From positions 71,977-135,976 of IMG/VR virus record IMGVR_UViG_3300025131_000007: 64,000 bases of DNA; one strand, written 5' to 3'. Below, piece by piece: positions 1 through 9,947 of the stretch. Source of the DNA: a virus. The translations under genes and the position numbers were made by a program. The notes under the pieces were generated by a model, which was not told the DNA's origin, ran no database searches, and saw nothing but the letters and a program-made list of their open reading frames with translations. The first letter of the stretch is position 1. Each line of letters starts with the position of its first letter.

Positions 1-1
1 C

Positions 2-1030
2 ACTAAGAAGGGAACCGGCAAAGATAGTGTTAAGCATCAGCTTCATACCAAGTTTCTTGACGGATGCACAGCCAAGAATATCGATCGCACAGCGGCACAA
101 AATCTATGGGATAAGTTTGAATACTTCTCAGGTTATGGATTTAACAAGTCACATGCGGTGTCTTATTCTATTATCTCATTCCAATGCGCTTGGTTATGGA
201 ACTACTATCCAGCAGAGTGGATGGCTGCTTTCCTTGACAAAGAACCGGAGAGCAGAAAAGAAAAGACCATCAATATAGCCAAACAATATGGTTTTAAGAT
301 CGCACCGCTTGACATTAATAAGTCAGGTCGAGTATGGGAGATATCTAAAGACGGAAAAACTCTTATTCAACCTTTGACTTCTATTAAGGGATTCGGTGAT
401 TCTGCTATTGAGCAAGTTCTCGACCATAGACCATTTATGAACGCAGAAGACCTTTTGTTTCGAGAAGAGATAACTTATAGCAAATTAAATAAGAAATGCC
501 TAGATGCTTTGTGTCGTGCTGGCGCTTTGGATCTTATTATGGATGATCGTTTTACGGGGCGAAAACATTTCTGGTCTGCGTGTGTGGTAGAACGACCTAA
601 GAATTTAAAGAAGTTAGTGGAAAATATAGAAGCATATAGAGCGGAAGGAGATTTTACTGAAGAAGAGATAATCCAATTCAAAACTGATTTAACTGGCGTG
701 TTCCCGATTAATCTAGTTATTACTGCAGCCACGGCGCAATCTTTAAAAGATAAGTTCATTCCCCCCATTTCTGAATTTGATCCCGATCTGCAAGTGTGTT
801 GGTTTATCCCGCGTAAGATCATCCCACGGAAAACGAAGAATGGAAAACTTTATTGGATTGTCGAGACTATTGATACCAACAACGAACTAACTAAGATTAG
901 GTGCTGGGGAGTAAAGCCAGAGAAAGATAGGATCTTCCTTAATCGACCGTATATGGCACGGTTAAAATACGATCCGAATTGGGGTTTTTCGACCTATGCA
1001 ATAGGCAAGACATTTAGATTGTTGGGATAA
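2..1030 (+). CDS. dnaE: DNA polymerase III alpha subunit (DnaE), 5'-truncated by window edge
   Basis: Frame open from position 2: ...WDKFEYFSGYGFNKSHAVSYS...YYPAEWMAA...DINKS...IKGFG (HhH), all DnaE motifs; C-terminal OB-like region. Confidence 0.93.
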   Translation, partial: TKKGTGKDSVKHQLHTKFLDGCTAKNIDRTAAQNLWDKFEYFSGYGFNKSHAVSYSIISFQCAWLWNYYPAEWMAAFLDKEPESRKEKTINIAKQYGFKIAPLDINKSGRVWEISKDGKTLIQPLTSIKGFGDSAIEQVLDHRPFMNAEDLLFREEITYSKLNKKCLDALCRAGALDLIMDDRFTGRKHFWSACVVERPKNLKKLVENIEAYRAEGDFTEEEIIQFKTDLTGVFPINLVITAATAQSLKDKFIPPISEFDPDLQVCWFIPRKIIPRKTKNGKLYWIVETIDTNNELTKIRCWGVKPEKDRIFLNRPYMARLKYDPNWGFSTYAIGKTFRLLG

Positions 1031-1034
1031 ATGA

Positions 1035-1742
1035 GTGAGCATATCGGCTAAATTAAAATGGTTGCAGCTATGGGAGGATTATCGTCACCTTCATAATCAA
1101 TTGGAATTGGCACAGGAGTTTTGTCGTGCCATTGGTCCCGAATTTCAACAGTATTATGAAGAATTTTGTGCCGCCAGGGATATAGATTTAAACAAATTAA
1201 ACCAAGACCATCGCCAACACTTAGATCAACTTTACGGAATACCTTCGCCTCCGCCGTCTGCTGGCACTCCATCGACACAAGCATCTGCTCCGCCCCCCGG
1301 GGCACTTGTCTTGTTCGATGGGATCCCGACAGATGAACCCGTACCCGTTGATTGGTCTAAAGAAGAAAAAGAAATCCATGAAATTTTTTCTAAATTATTT
1401 AAGAAAATTGCTAGCTTCATTCATCCCGATAAGTTAGAAACAATGGAGAATGAAAATGAGAAAGCGCGTCTGACAAAATTGTTTAAGAAAGTTAGATTAG
1501 GGTTGGAGAAAAGAAGATATTTTATTTTATTAGAAGCAGCCGAAGAGTTGGGCATTGACACACCTAAAGACTATCGAAAGCAATCTCGTTGGATCAAAAA
1601 CGAATTGCGTATGTTGTCAACTATACTTCGAAAAGAAAGGAGCACATATAATTATAGGTTTGGAGAACTGGAAACCGATGAAGAGAGAGATAATCTCATG
1701 AGACAATTTATCCACCAATTATTTGGGCTTTCTATCAATTAA
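1035..1742 (+). CDS. J-domain-like (HPD motif) protein, putative DnaJ-type co-chaperone
   Basis: KLFKKIASFIHPDK followed by a helix resembles J-domain helices II-III. Confidence 0.6.
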   Translation: MSISAKLKWLQLWEDYRHLHNQLELAQEFCRAIGPEFQQYYEEFCAARDIDLNKLNQDHRQHLDQLYGIPSPPPSAGTPSTQASAPPPGALVLFDGIPTDEPVPVDWSKEEKEIHEIFSKLFKKIASFIHPDKLETMENENEKARLTKLFKKVRLGLEKRRYFILLEAAEELGIDTPKDYRKQSRWIKNELRMLSTILRKERSTYNYRFGELETDEERDNLMRQFIHQLFGLSIN

Positions 1743-1756
1743 GAAAAGAAATTTAC

Positions 1757-1785
1757 TTGACAGATCACTATCTTTATGTTATATT
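1757..1785 (+). promoter_or_regulatory. sigma70-type promoter
   Basis: TTGACA (1757)-17 nt-TATATT (1780) with TG extension. Confidence 0.75.
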
Positions 1786-1811
1786 ATAATAGAACTTAAA
1801 AGAGGGCAAAT

Positions 1812-2393
1812 ATGAAAATAAATTGGAATCTGGAAGCTATTGCGAAAGGATTTTGCATGGATCCGCACATTTTTTGGCAGAAAGTTAATGCAAATTCTCT
1901 CTCCACTCAATCCGAATACACTGTTGCGGGAATTTTAGAAGGAGAGGTCGAACCTTCCCAGAAAGAGTGGGATGTTGTATGTTCCCATGGAAATGTTGAA
2001 GTGAGAAACATGTTTAAAAAAGCATGCTTTGCTCCCTCAAGCTCCACCGGAAAGGGAAGATATTTTGAGGAATCTTTATTTTTGGAAAAATTAGATAAGG
2101 TAGACTTTTATGTTATGATTGATCTTAATCCTGTTAGAGAACTCAGCCAGCCACAGGCGTATTGTATCCCCTCGGCTTTGATTCGCGATCTCTATGATAA
2201 AGGGGTGATCGGAACCAAAGCGCATATTGATTTTGTCAAACGGCGACAGCTTCCTCGGGATTATGAAAATAGAGCCTATCGTTTTTGTGAAATATTTGAT
2301 TACGCAGAGTTCGCACTCGATGGTACAAGTTTTAGTAAAGAATATGATGTTCAAAAAATGATAGAAAATATTTCAACGCGACTTTGCGCTTAA
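1812..2393 (+). CDS. hypothetical protein, possible PD-(D/E)xK-type restriction endonuclease
   Basis: E...WDVV...VEVR resembles a D...(E)xK/R catalytic motif; directly upstream of a methyltransferase. Confidence 0.45.
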   Translation: MKINWNLEAIAKGFCMDPHIFWQKVNANSLSTQSEYTVAGILEGEVEPSQKEWDVVCSHGNVEVRNMFKKACFAPSSSTGKGRYFEESLFLEKLDKVDFYVMIDLNPVRELSQPQAYCIPSALIRDLYDKGVIGTKAHIDFVKRRQLPRDYENRAYRFCEIFDYAEFALDGTSFSKEYDVQKMIENISTRLCA

Positions 2394-2407
2394 GATTGGA
2401 GGAATAC

Positions 2408-3337
2408 GTGGAAACAAATATTATTCACTTGGGTGAATCTTTGGAAATATTACGCTCATTGCCCGATGAAAGCGTGGATATGTGTGTTACTTCCCCACCT
2501 TATTATAATCTGAGGGATTATAAAATCACACGCCAAGTTGGAACTGAAAAAACACCGACAGAATATATCTCTAATTTGTGTGACATTTTTGAGGAAGTAA
2601 AGAGAGTATTGAAGCCCGAAGGTGTATGTTGGGTTAACATTGGCGACTCCTACAAGAGCAAAGCCCTTATGCAGATACCCAGCAGATTTGAGGTTGCCAT
2701 GTCAGATCGGGGATGGAAACTGAGAAATGAAATTATTTGGTCTAAACCAAATCCTCAACCTACGTCAGCAAAGGATAGATTTTGGACTAATCATGAAAAA
2801 CTTTTCATGTTCGTTAAAGACGTTAAAAATTATTATTTTGAGCAACCGCGTGTTCCGCAAGCTGAAATCTCTATTCGTCGTATGTTTTCGAAGAACCACG
2901 TTGATCGTCGAAAGGACAAGGATGCCACCGGCAAGGAAGGATTTGCCCTCTCAAGTGATAGGCAAGATGAACATTATCGCAAAATGAGAGAGAAGAGTGG
3001 TATTGTCAAGGATTTTGATTATGAAGAGTTGATTAAGTCTGGCAAAGTTCCCACCCGGCCGAAGTTTACGGTGTGGCACACTCCATCAAAAGGATACAAG
3101 GGGGCACATTTTGCTATTTATCCCGAAGAACTCATCAAGGATCCCATTGTCTCCAGTTGCCCTACGGGTGGAGTGGTGCTGGATCCTTTTATGGGATCGG
3201 GAACTACGGCGATTACCGCTTTGAAAAATAATCGCAATTATGTGGGAATTGAGATTAATGCAACCTATAGAGAAATAGCTTTGCAACGGATAGAACACGA
3301 ACGTTCTATATTAACAACAGCCAATACAACATTATAA
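2408..3337 (+). CDS. site-specific DNA methyltransferase, N4-C/N6-A, beta group
   Basis: TSPPY motif IV precedes DPFMGSGTT motif I; GGAGG RBS before GTG at 2408. Confidence 0.92.
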   Translation: METNIIHLGESLEILRSLPDESVDMCVTSPPYYNLRDYKITRQVGTEKTPTEYISNLCDIFEEVKRVLKPEGVCWVNIGDSYKSKALMQIPSRFEVAMSDRGWKLRNEIIWSKPNPQPTSAKDRFWTNHEKLFMFVKDVKNYYFEQPRVPQAEISIRRMFSKNHVDRRKDKDATGKEGFALSSDRQDEHYRKMREKSGIVKDFDYEELIKSGKVPTRPKFTVWHTPSKGYKGAHFAIYPEELIKDPIVSSCPTGGVVLDPFMGSGTTAITALKNNRNYVGIEINATYREIALQRIEHERSILTTANTTL

Positions 3338-3351
3338 CAGAGAGAGGGTTA

Positions 3352-3603
3352 ATGATGGCAACAACTTACGATGAGAAAAAGAAATTTATTAAAGAATACG
3401 TTCGATCGCTGAACGCTATTGAGGAAGCGATGGAGCCATTCAAAGAACAAAAGAGAGATTTGAGAGAGGAATTTAGAGAAAACGGCTGGCTGAGCACAGA
3501 CGAGATTCGAGCAGCAGTCAAAGCTTATCGACTCTATAAAGGAAAACACAATATCGACGATATTGTTGATTCGTATAACATTATGTTCGGAGAGAAAAAA
3601 TGA
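3352..3603 (+). CDS. small helical protein, possible dsDNA-binding protein
   Basis: 83 aa helical hairpin (KEQKRDLREE...AVKAYRL); GAGGG RBS; function is a guess. Confidence 0.5.
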   Translation: MMATTYDEKKKFIKEYVRSLNAIEEAMEPFKEQKRDLREEFRENGWLSTDEIRAAVKAYRLYKGKHNIDDIVDSYNIMFGEKK

Positions 3604-3875
3604 AAATGGTTAACTTAGTAGACAAAACCGGGGAAGTGCGGTGGTTTAACGCTGATCATGTAAGTGCAATATTCCATCCCAAAAACCAAGCTGACAAGTT
3701 GGAAGCGCACATAGTGTTAAGCTCGGCGTGGGCAGGCAAAATTGTGGTCTACGGCAACATTCCATCTGTTATCCGCGAAATCGAGGAACAAATTGAGTAC
3801 CCCAAGCGCGCTGATTCGCTTGGCATAAGCGGACCTAGATATGGCTCACTTGAGTTTAAGCAGCATGAGAATTAG
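3600..3875 (+). CDS. hypothetical protein
   Basis: ATGA-coupled to the upstream gene. Confidence 0.65.
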   Translation: MKMVNLVDKTGEVRWFNADHVSAIFHPKNQADKLEAHIVLSSAWAGKIVVYGNIPSVIREIEEQIEYPKRADSLGISGPRYGSLEFKQHEN

Positions 3876-4290
3876 AATCAAAAAACTGCACCCCAACGCC
3901 GTCGTTCCGTCTTATGCCAAAGACGGTGACGCGGGGATGGATTTGAGAGCAGTTTCAGTAGAGAATGATGTTCATGGTAATATTGTTTGCCGAACAGGTC
4001 TTTCGATGGAAATACCATATGGATATATGGGGCTTTTGTTCCCTCGTTCCTCTGTGTCTAAGACTTCGTTAGCTTTGAGAAATGCGGTAGGAGTAATAGA
4101 CTCGGGTTATCGGGGAGAAATTATGCTTAAATTTGGAAGAACTTTAAACCCTAAGTCTCCTTTATATAAACAGGGAGACAAAGTGGGGCAAGTTATTATC
4201 ATACCTCATCCTTATGTGGAATTTGTAGAAGCAGAGGAATTAACTAACACCGAAAGAGGCTTCGGTGGGTTTGGATCAACAGGAGAATAA
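3865..4290 (+). CDS. dut: trimeric dUTPase
   Basis: AGMDL, PRSS, GVIDSGYRGEI and RGFGGFGSTG motifs. Confidence 0.97.
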   Translation: MRIRIKKLHPNAVVPSYAKDGDAGMDLRAVSVENDVHGNIVCRTGLSMEIPYGYMGLLFPRSSVSKTSLALRNAVGVIDSGYRGEIMLKFGRTLNPKSPLYKQGDKVGQVIIIPHPYVEFVEAEELTNTERGFGGFGSTGE

Positions 4291-4291
4291 A

Positions 4292-4453
4292 ATGGAAACA
4301 ATTATAAATTTTATAAAAGAATGGTATCTCGTGTCTGTAATTTGCGGTGGTATTTCTGTCGCTATCACGCTATTTGCGGGCTGGGCACTCATTAAGAGCT
4401 TGAATGCAATATCAGACAGCTTTAACGAGAGTGAGGAAGACGATGATGGATAA
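4292..4453 (+). CDS. small single-TM membrane protein
   Basis: Hydrophobic stretch YLVSVICGGISVAITLFAGWALI. Confidence 0.6.
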   Translation: METIINFIKEWYLVSVICGGISVAITLFAGWALIKSLNAISDSFNESEEDDDG

Positions 4454-4922
4454 ACATCAACTTCAAGTGATGTTTAGTTCCAAAGCGAATGACTGGTCTA
4501 CACCTCAAGAGTTTTTTGACAAACTTAATTGGAGGTTCGGGCCGTTTGATTTGGATCCCTGCGCTACTCCGCATACTACTAAGTGCTTAAATTTTTTTAC
4601 TGAAGTGGAGGATGGTCTGTTAAAGGATTGGGGAGGACATTGTGCTTTTGTTAATCCACCTTATGGGAGAACTATCGCCCAATGGGTAAAGAAAAGCTAC
4701 ATAGAAGCACAAAAAGAAAATACAAAAATAGTCATGTTAGTGCCGGCCAGAACGGATACAAAATATTGGCATGACTATATAATGAAGGCTCAAGAAATTT
4801 ACTTTGTGAGAGGAAGATTGAAATTCGGAGAGAGCGTTAATAGTGCCCCATTTCCCTCAGCCGTAGTTGTATTCGAAAGCGGGGTTTCCAAGCACCAAGC
4901 AATAGGAGTGATAGGTAGATGA
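4443..4922 (+). CDS. phage N6-adenine DNA methyltransferase (phage Dam family)
   Basis: DWSTP, FDLDPCA, NPPY, LVPARTDT, RGRLKF and APFPS motifs. Confidence 0.93.
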   Translation: MMDKHQLQVMFSSKANDWSTPQEFFDKLNWRFGPFDLDPCATPHTTKCLNFFTEVEDGLLKDWGGHCAFVNPPYGRTIAQWVKKSYIEAQKENTKIVMLVPARTDTKYWHDYIMKAQEIYFVRGRLKFGESVNSAPFPSAVVVFESGVSKHQAIGVIGR

Positions 4923-5215
4923 ATCGCAAGCAACGTCGAGCACTAGAGAAGAAAACAGGTGGAAAAGTCGCCCAAAATTTCTCCGATAAAATTTCTCAAT
5001 TCCAGATGCTACCGGAGCAATGCACTACTTGCACAGAACCATTTGACCGCCAAAATAGAGAAATGCTGAAAGCTTGGAGCGTTGTGGTAAAACAGGAAGT
5101 AGTGCGCCTGTTTTGCCCTCACTGCATGCAGAGGGCGAAGAATATTTTAGAAAAATATGGAGATAAAGATGAAAGTAGAGAGACTTTCGTTTCAAGCGCT
5201 GAAGAAGATTCTTAA
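4919..5215 (+). CDS. Zn-finger protein
   Basis: CTTC...CPHC. Confidence 0.7.
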   Translation: MNRKQRRALEKKTGGKVAQNFSDKISQFQMLPEQCTTCTEPFDRQNREMLKAWSVVVKQEVVRLFCPHCMQRAKNILEKYGDKDESRETFVSSAEEDS

Positions 5216-5534
5216 CGGTTCTATTCGCGAAACAGCCACGTGTGTTATTAAATTTTATTCTAACGATTGTCATTATTGTCATGCGTTGAAAGAATATTAC
5301 GAAGATCTTGCCAACACATACGAGGATATATACTTTTTTGCTTTTAATACCGGCGATACGTCGGCGGTAGATCGGCTTATTAAAATTAGTGGGGTTCCTA
5401 CGATTGCCCTCGTGCGAAGCCACGCCGGTGGAACCCCCATCATTCGAATTTTAGAAGAACCAATTAAACCCAACGATCACACATGGTACCGTTCTTCTGA
5501 CATTAAAAACTTTATAGAGAGACACAAAAAATGA
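5169..5534 (+). CDS. thioredoxin-like protein
   Basis: KFYSNDCHYC (CxxC) and GVPT cis-Pro motif. Confidence 0.85.
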   Translation: MKVERLSFQALKKILNGSIRETATCVIKFYSNDCHYCHALKEYYEDLANTYEDIYFFAFNTGDTSAVDRLIKISGVPTIALVRSHAGGTPIIRILEEPIKPNDHTWYRSSDIKNFIERHKK

Positions 5535-5851
5535 CCACCAAAATGAGACTATTAGAAGCCACCATTACGCGGTTTCGCTCCAAAGCCCTCGATCACTTGA
5601 CCAGGATCGAGATTATGTTAGACAACCCTACCGGTGTTGCGGAACATGTGAATTACGTGGATGAGATTGAGGAAAATATACGCGAAGTAATGATTTGCGA
5701 AAACTCCATCAACGCACTGCAAACCTATTTTGTTCCACCGCCGGCGGCATCACCACAAGCGGCGGTGGCCGGTTCTCCCCCTACACCAACTGCGCCCCTA
5801 GAAGTTGAAGCGCTTTCTCATGCTACGCCATCTAAAAAAAAACCGACGTAG
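5531..5851 (+). CDS. hypothetical protein; may extend to 5958 via a -1 shift at an A9 run
   Basis: Coupled start; stop lies just after the A9 run (5834-5842); the -1 frame stays open to 5958. Confidence 0.7.
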   Translation: MTTKMRLLEATITRFRSKALDHLTRIEIMLDNPTGVAEHVNYVDEIEENIREVMICENSINALQTYFVPPPAASPQAAVAGSPPTPTAPLEVEALSHATPSKKKPT

Positions 5852-5970
5852 ACGCACCATCTCTCACGCACAATCAATTGATGCAGAGATCTTCAACCTA
5901 TAGGCGCAGTCTGGAAAAGAGAAAAATGCTGGGTCTATCGGTTCCCAATGACGATTAAAGAAAGTGACAA

Positions 5971-6297
5971 ATGGCAGATTCTAACGGATACGGAAAACAA
6001 CAAAAGCGCATAGTTTTCACAGCGAATGACCACAAGCATGCACAGTTTATTCTCAAACTAAAGTATGATGGGTTCACTCAATCTGGTTTTTTTCGACATA
6101 TTATTGATGCCTATATTGAAGAAAACGAAGCGCTGCGCTTGTTTGTGGAACATATAAAAACGCAGTCTAAAACTAAGAAAACCAAATCGCGTAGATTGCG
6201 GGAAGCCGGCAAATCAACCCTTGTAGACATGGCGCTGAACGAGGGAGAAATAGAGAATATTTTTGATATGTTGGCTGAGGAATTCCCAGATTTATAA
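5971..6297 (+). CDS. hypothetical protein, possible DNA-binding
   Basis: Strand-helix-helix pattern KRIVF...TQSGFFRHIIDAY. Confidence 0.65.
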   Translation: MADSNGYGKQQKRIVFTANDHKHAQFILKLKYDGFTQSGFFRHIIDAYIEENEALRLFVEHIKTQSKTKKTKSRRLREAGKSTLVDMALNEGEIENIFDMLAEEFPDL

Positions 6298-6381
6298 AAA
6301 ACAGATGAAGTTTAAGCGTTATAAGAAAAAACACACTATTTATAAACGATTATATTTTTTGCAAATTAAGGAGAATTGATA

Positions 6382-7062
6382 ATGTCAATCCGCAAACAGA
6401 TTTTGAATGAAGGCGAATTCCGCCGGTTTATGAAGCTAGCCAAATTGGGCCCCGTGGGCGGTAAACGTCTTAGTGAGCTTGGTTTTGGACACGAAGATAT
6501 CCAAGAAGAAGAAGACGAACTTGATCACGTGGAAGATGAGCTTGGCGCCACCGAAGATGAGTTGGGCGCTGAAGACCACATAGCCGATGAAGAAGGTGAA
6601 GAACTTGATGTCATGGGCGATATGGGCGGCGGCGAAGAAGATATGGTGTTGAGCCTGCTCCAAGTTATTCAAGGCTGGGCAGAAGAGAATGGTGTCGATA
6701 TGGATCTCGAAGGAGGTGAGGAAGAGGTCGGTGTAGATGACCTGGAAATGGATGCTGAAATGCCCATGGATGACGGTGGCGAAGAAGAAGTTGCCATGGA
6801 TGTGATGGATGTTGAAGAAGAGCCAGAAATGCGAGACGTGTATCAAGAAGAAGTATCCAGAAGAAGGCGAAAAAAGCGCCGAGATAAGAGAGGCAAGTAT
6901 GGCAAAGGTGGTCACCACAAAGATGATGAAATGGATGAATCAAAAATGGTGGCAGAGATTGCTAAACGCGTTTTTGCTCGTTTGCAGGGAGAGCAGCGCA
7001 AAGAAACCATGGTGGATGAACTCGCTGAACGCATTATGAAGCGTTTGACAAAAAAACAATAG
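6382..7062 (+). CDS. highly acidic protein, scaffold/core-like
   Basis: D/E/M/G-rich low complexity; AAGGAG RBS; CTATTTAT motif upstream. Confidence 0.65.
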   Translation: MSIRKQILNEGEFRRFMKLAKLGPVGGKRLSELGFGHEDIQEEEDELDHVEDELGATEDELGAEDHIADEEGEELDVMGDMGGGEEDMVLSLLQVIQGWAEENGVDMDLEGGEEEVGVDDLEMDAEMPMDDGGEEEVAMDVMDVEEEPEMRDVYQEEVSRRRRKKRRDKRGKYGKGGHHKDDEMDESKMVAEIAKRVFARLQGEQRKETMVDELAERIMKRLTKKQ

Positions 7063-7135
7063 TAATTTTTTGTTAAAGAATAAAGATTTTTAAGTCATAA
7101 CCACTCCCTGTGTGTGGTTATTTTTTTGGAGAAAT

Positions 7136-7543
7136 ATGGATTGGTTAATAGGAACGTTATTATTTATCTCCGGTTTTATTTTTAGCCGAGTGCTTTATTT
7201 CTTTACAGCTTCAGCGTTATCTTATAAAATAATGAAAGCTGCTAATTTAAGCGCGCTTCACATGTTTGTCAAGAGTTTCGAACGTTTGGTTTATTATAAC
7301 AATCTCGCTCTTGCTGACTATGTTAATCGCGGCGAAAGTGAGCGCAATATTGAAATATTTCAATCTAAGCTCGATGATGAGTTGTCTCTGTTTAAGGATC
7401 GGTGCGTGGGTACCCTCCTGGAAACCACTCCGAGCTTGTTTCGTCAATCTGCCGACTTTGAAGATTGGACTAGCGCGATGGTTTATCTCCACGCCAATCG
7501 ACAGTTTGTGTTGGAACTAATAAAGGACAACGAAAATGATTAA
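7136..7543 (+). CDS. membrane-anchored hypothetical protein
   Basis: N-terminal TM helix; GGAG RBS. Confidence 0.7.
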   Translation: MDWLIGTLLFISGFIFSRVLYFFTASALSYKIMKAANLSALHMFVKSFERLVYYNNLALADYVNRGESERNIEIFQSKLDDELSLFKDRCVGTLLETTPSLFRQSADFEDWTSAMVYLHANRQFVLELIKDNEND

Positions 7544-8171
7544 AAAGATTGTTAAGAAATTGATTGGAAATGATGAAGGGGAACGACGCGGCCCGATGGT
7601 GATTTTGGATGCGGCAGAAGAATTTATGCCTAAAGAGCCAGACTTGCGCACTATCGGGTTGTTCGCAGATATTCAAGAGGAAAAGGTTGCCGAAATAATT
7701 CATGCGCTGATCTACCTCAACGAGACTAATAAACTTGAAAAAGATGAGAAAAAACGTAAACCTATTGAATTCTATCTCTCAACTTATGGGGGCAGCGCAG
7801 ATGATATGTTTGCACTCTATGATGTAATGAAGGTTATTCGGGATGAAACAGAACTTCATACGTATGGGTTGGGGAAAGTAATGTCTGCCGGAGTATTAAT
7901 TTTAGCGGCGGGAACAAAAGGAAAGAGGAAGATCGGTAAAAATTGTAGAGTAATGCTCCATTCGGTGATTGCGGGAAACCACGGCCCCCTCCACAACTTA
8001 GTGAACGAGATGGATGCTATTAAACATTTGCAACAAATTTATATTAATTGTTTAGTAGAAGAAACAAAAATGAGCGAATCGGAGATCAAAAAGATGCTCG
8101 AACAAAAAGTTAACGTCTATTTATCAGCAGAAGAAGCAGTTGAGTTAGGAATTGCTGATATCATTGCGTGA
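7536..8171 (+). CDS. clpP: ClpP-family protease subunit
   Basis: STYGGS, KVMSAG (Ser), VMLH (His), YLSAEEAVELGIAD. Confidence 0.9.
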   Translation: MIKKIVKKLIGNDEGERRGPMVILDAAEEFMPKEPDLRTIGLFADIQEEKVAEIIHALIYLNETNKLEKDEKKRKPIEFYLSTYGGSADDMFALYDVMKVIRDETELHTYGLGKVMSAGVLILAAGTKGKRKIGKNCRVMLHSVIAGNHGPLHNLVNEMDAIKHLQQIYINCLVEETKMSESEIKKMLEQKVNVYLSAEEAVELGIADIIA

Positions 8172-8180
8172 GGTAAACGA

Positions 8181-9890
8181 ATGTCTGATTTAAAAAGTAT
8201 TTTAGCGGAAGAATATCGAAAACAGAACTCTCGCATAACTAGAGTGGGTGCTGATCTTTCTCTAAAAAATTTAATGGAAATGGTAGAAGATGTTTTTTCT
8301 ACAAAAAACACTTCACTTGCTGAAAGAATCACATCCGATATATCATTTGGCGATCAGACAATGACTCTCAGTATGATACCAGAGATAGCGGTGTCTGAAC
8401 TTGGATGGTCCGACGTGGCGACCGGAGAAGAAGGGTCAGAAATTGCCGGCCCACAACGGCAGTTATTGCAAGGATATTTGGACAATATCGCCGGCGATAC
8501 TCTCTCTGCGAAACTGGCAAGTCTGGATAAGTTCTATCAAGAAGGCTATGTCGGAATTGGTGCAGACAATGAAGACAGTAGAGCCCGGATTATTAAAAAT
8601 ACTTTGTCATATCTTGTGTTCTATAAAACGCTCACCACAGTTATAACCAACTTCAATGCCGCATCCGCTGGGTTTAGTTTTGAATCTTTCTTGGCAACTC
8701 TTTTGAAAGGGAGACAGGTGCCTGCGAATACGGGAACTATTGCAGACTTCATAGCCGGAGAAGAATTCGGTGGAGAATATATTAGTCTCAAACTCTATAA
8801 CGAAGGTAGTGTGGAAGTTGGCGGAAGCTTCTCTGATTTAGTTGACGATGTGGTCAATGACAATATAGGCAACAAGATGCGCTATTTGGTGGTTCTCAAA
8901 AATCTCAAAGGTGCAGGGCTAAATCAGCGAGGTGCATTGACTTTTTATACTTTTGAATTTACTCTCGAAAACATTGCAGACATTATTGCTGCCATGGCAA
9001 ATGAAAAATATGCAAAATGTATTATTTTTCCTCTCATTAAAGATCCAGCCGCACCTGGGGGTGCTCGTTTGGCTACACCGGGAGAGGAAGAAATTCCGGG
9101 ACGAATCAAGGTGACTCCGGAGCAATTCAATAACCTTTATAAGAACACTCTCAAAGATTACTTAGTGGAACTGTCGGTCTATCCAGAGGAAGTCATAAAC
9201 AAAATTATTCAGATGCCCGAATTTACTTATGGCGATGGCGAATATGTAGGAAAAGGAACCAGTAGCATTCCGGTTGGTGTGGCCCAGAGAGAGTTGCGAC
9301 AAGCTTTTGCCAATACGAAATACGAAGAAGCACTTGCTGACACCCAATATATCAAAGGAATCACCGGCGCATTGAAAAAGGCGATGGCACACGCTGAGAC
9401 GATACTGAAGAAAGACCCAACAGCAGCAAGAAAAGCTACAATTTCTCAGATACTTCCGCAGTTTAAAAATATTACATATCCTACCAAGAAAAGAAAAGGA
9501 AATGTTGTAAAACTTGTTCAACAATCCCGAGATTGGTATAATCAACAAGATGATACAACGAAAAAACAAGCTCTCCAATTGTCCAATGGATATCTAAACA
9601 CCTTGAAATTTTCTATGAACAAGACCCTCTCCACTACTGACACTGACCCCGTTAACGCTCAGAATTTGGGAGTCATTAATGTTGGTGCCGAGTACATTGA
9701 AAGAATGTTGTCACAAGTGAGAGACATCCTCAACGCGCAGGTGTTCGAAATTTTTACTTCCTTGAAGGATTTGTCGGATAATTTGAACAACTACTTTGCG
9801 AGTGGTTTGGCTAATGATGCGCAGGCCGAAAACGCAATCAATGACGCAGAAAACATTCAGAGTAAAACTGAAGAAATTAGAGATAAATAA
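8181..9890 (+). CDS. large hypothetical protein with possible PD-(D/E)xK-like core
   Basis: 569 aa; GFSFESFLA...IADF...ISLKL. Confidence 0.6.
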   Translation: MSDLKSILAEEYRKQNSRITRVGADLSLKNLMEMVEDVFSTKNTSLAERITSDISFGDQTMTLSMIPEIAVSELGWSDVATGEEGSEIAGPQRQLLQGYLDNIAGDTLSAKLASLDKFYQEGYVGIGADNEDSRARIIKNTLSYLVFYKTLTTVITNFNAASAGFSFESFLATLLKGRQVPANTGTIADFIAGEEFGGEYISLKLYNEGSVEVGGSFSDLVDDVVNDNIGNKMRYLVVLKNLKGAGLNQRGALTFYTFEFTLENIADIIAAMANEKYAKCIIFPLIKDPAAPGGARLATPGEEEIPGRIKVTPEQFNNLYKNTLKDYLVELSVYPEEVINKIIQMPEFTYGDGEYVGKGTSSIPVGVAQRELRQAFANTKYEEALADTQYIKGITGALKKAMAHAETILKKDPTAARKATISQILPQFKNITYPTKKRKGNVVKLVQQSRDWYNQQDDTTKKQALQLSNGYLNTLKFSMNKTLSTTDTDPVNAQNLGVINVGAEYIERMLSQVRDILNAQVFEIFTSLKDLSDNLNNYFASGLANDAQAENAINDAENIQSKTEEIRDK

Positions 9891-9891
9891 C

Positions 9892-9920
9892 TTGACAAAC
9901 AAACCAAATGTGGTTATATT
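9892..9920 (+). promoter_or_regulatory. sigma70-type promoter of groEL
   Basis: TTGACA-17 nt-TATATT. Confidence 0.75.
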
Positions 9921-9947
9921 ATTAATATGTCTAAATAGAGAAAGAAG

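Noticed and set aside
27-278. 83-aa ORF at the window start
   Set aside because: Out-of-frame overlap with dnaE, which is open from position 2.
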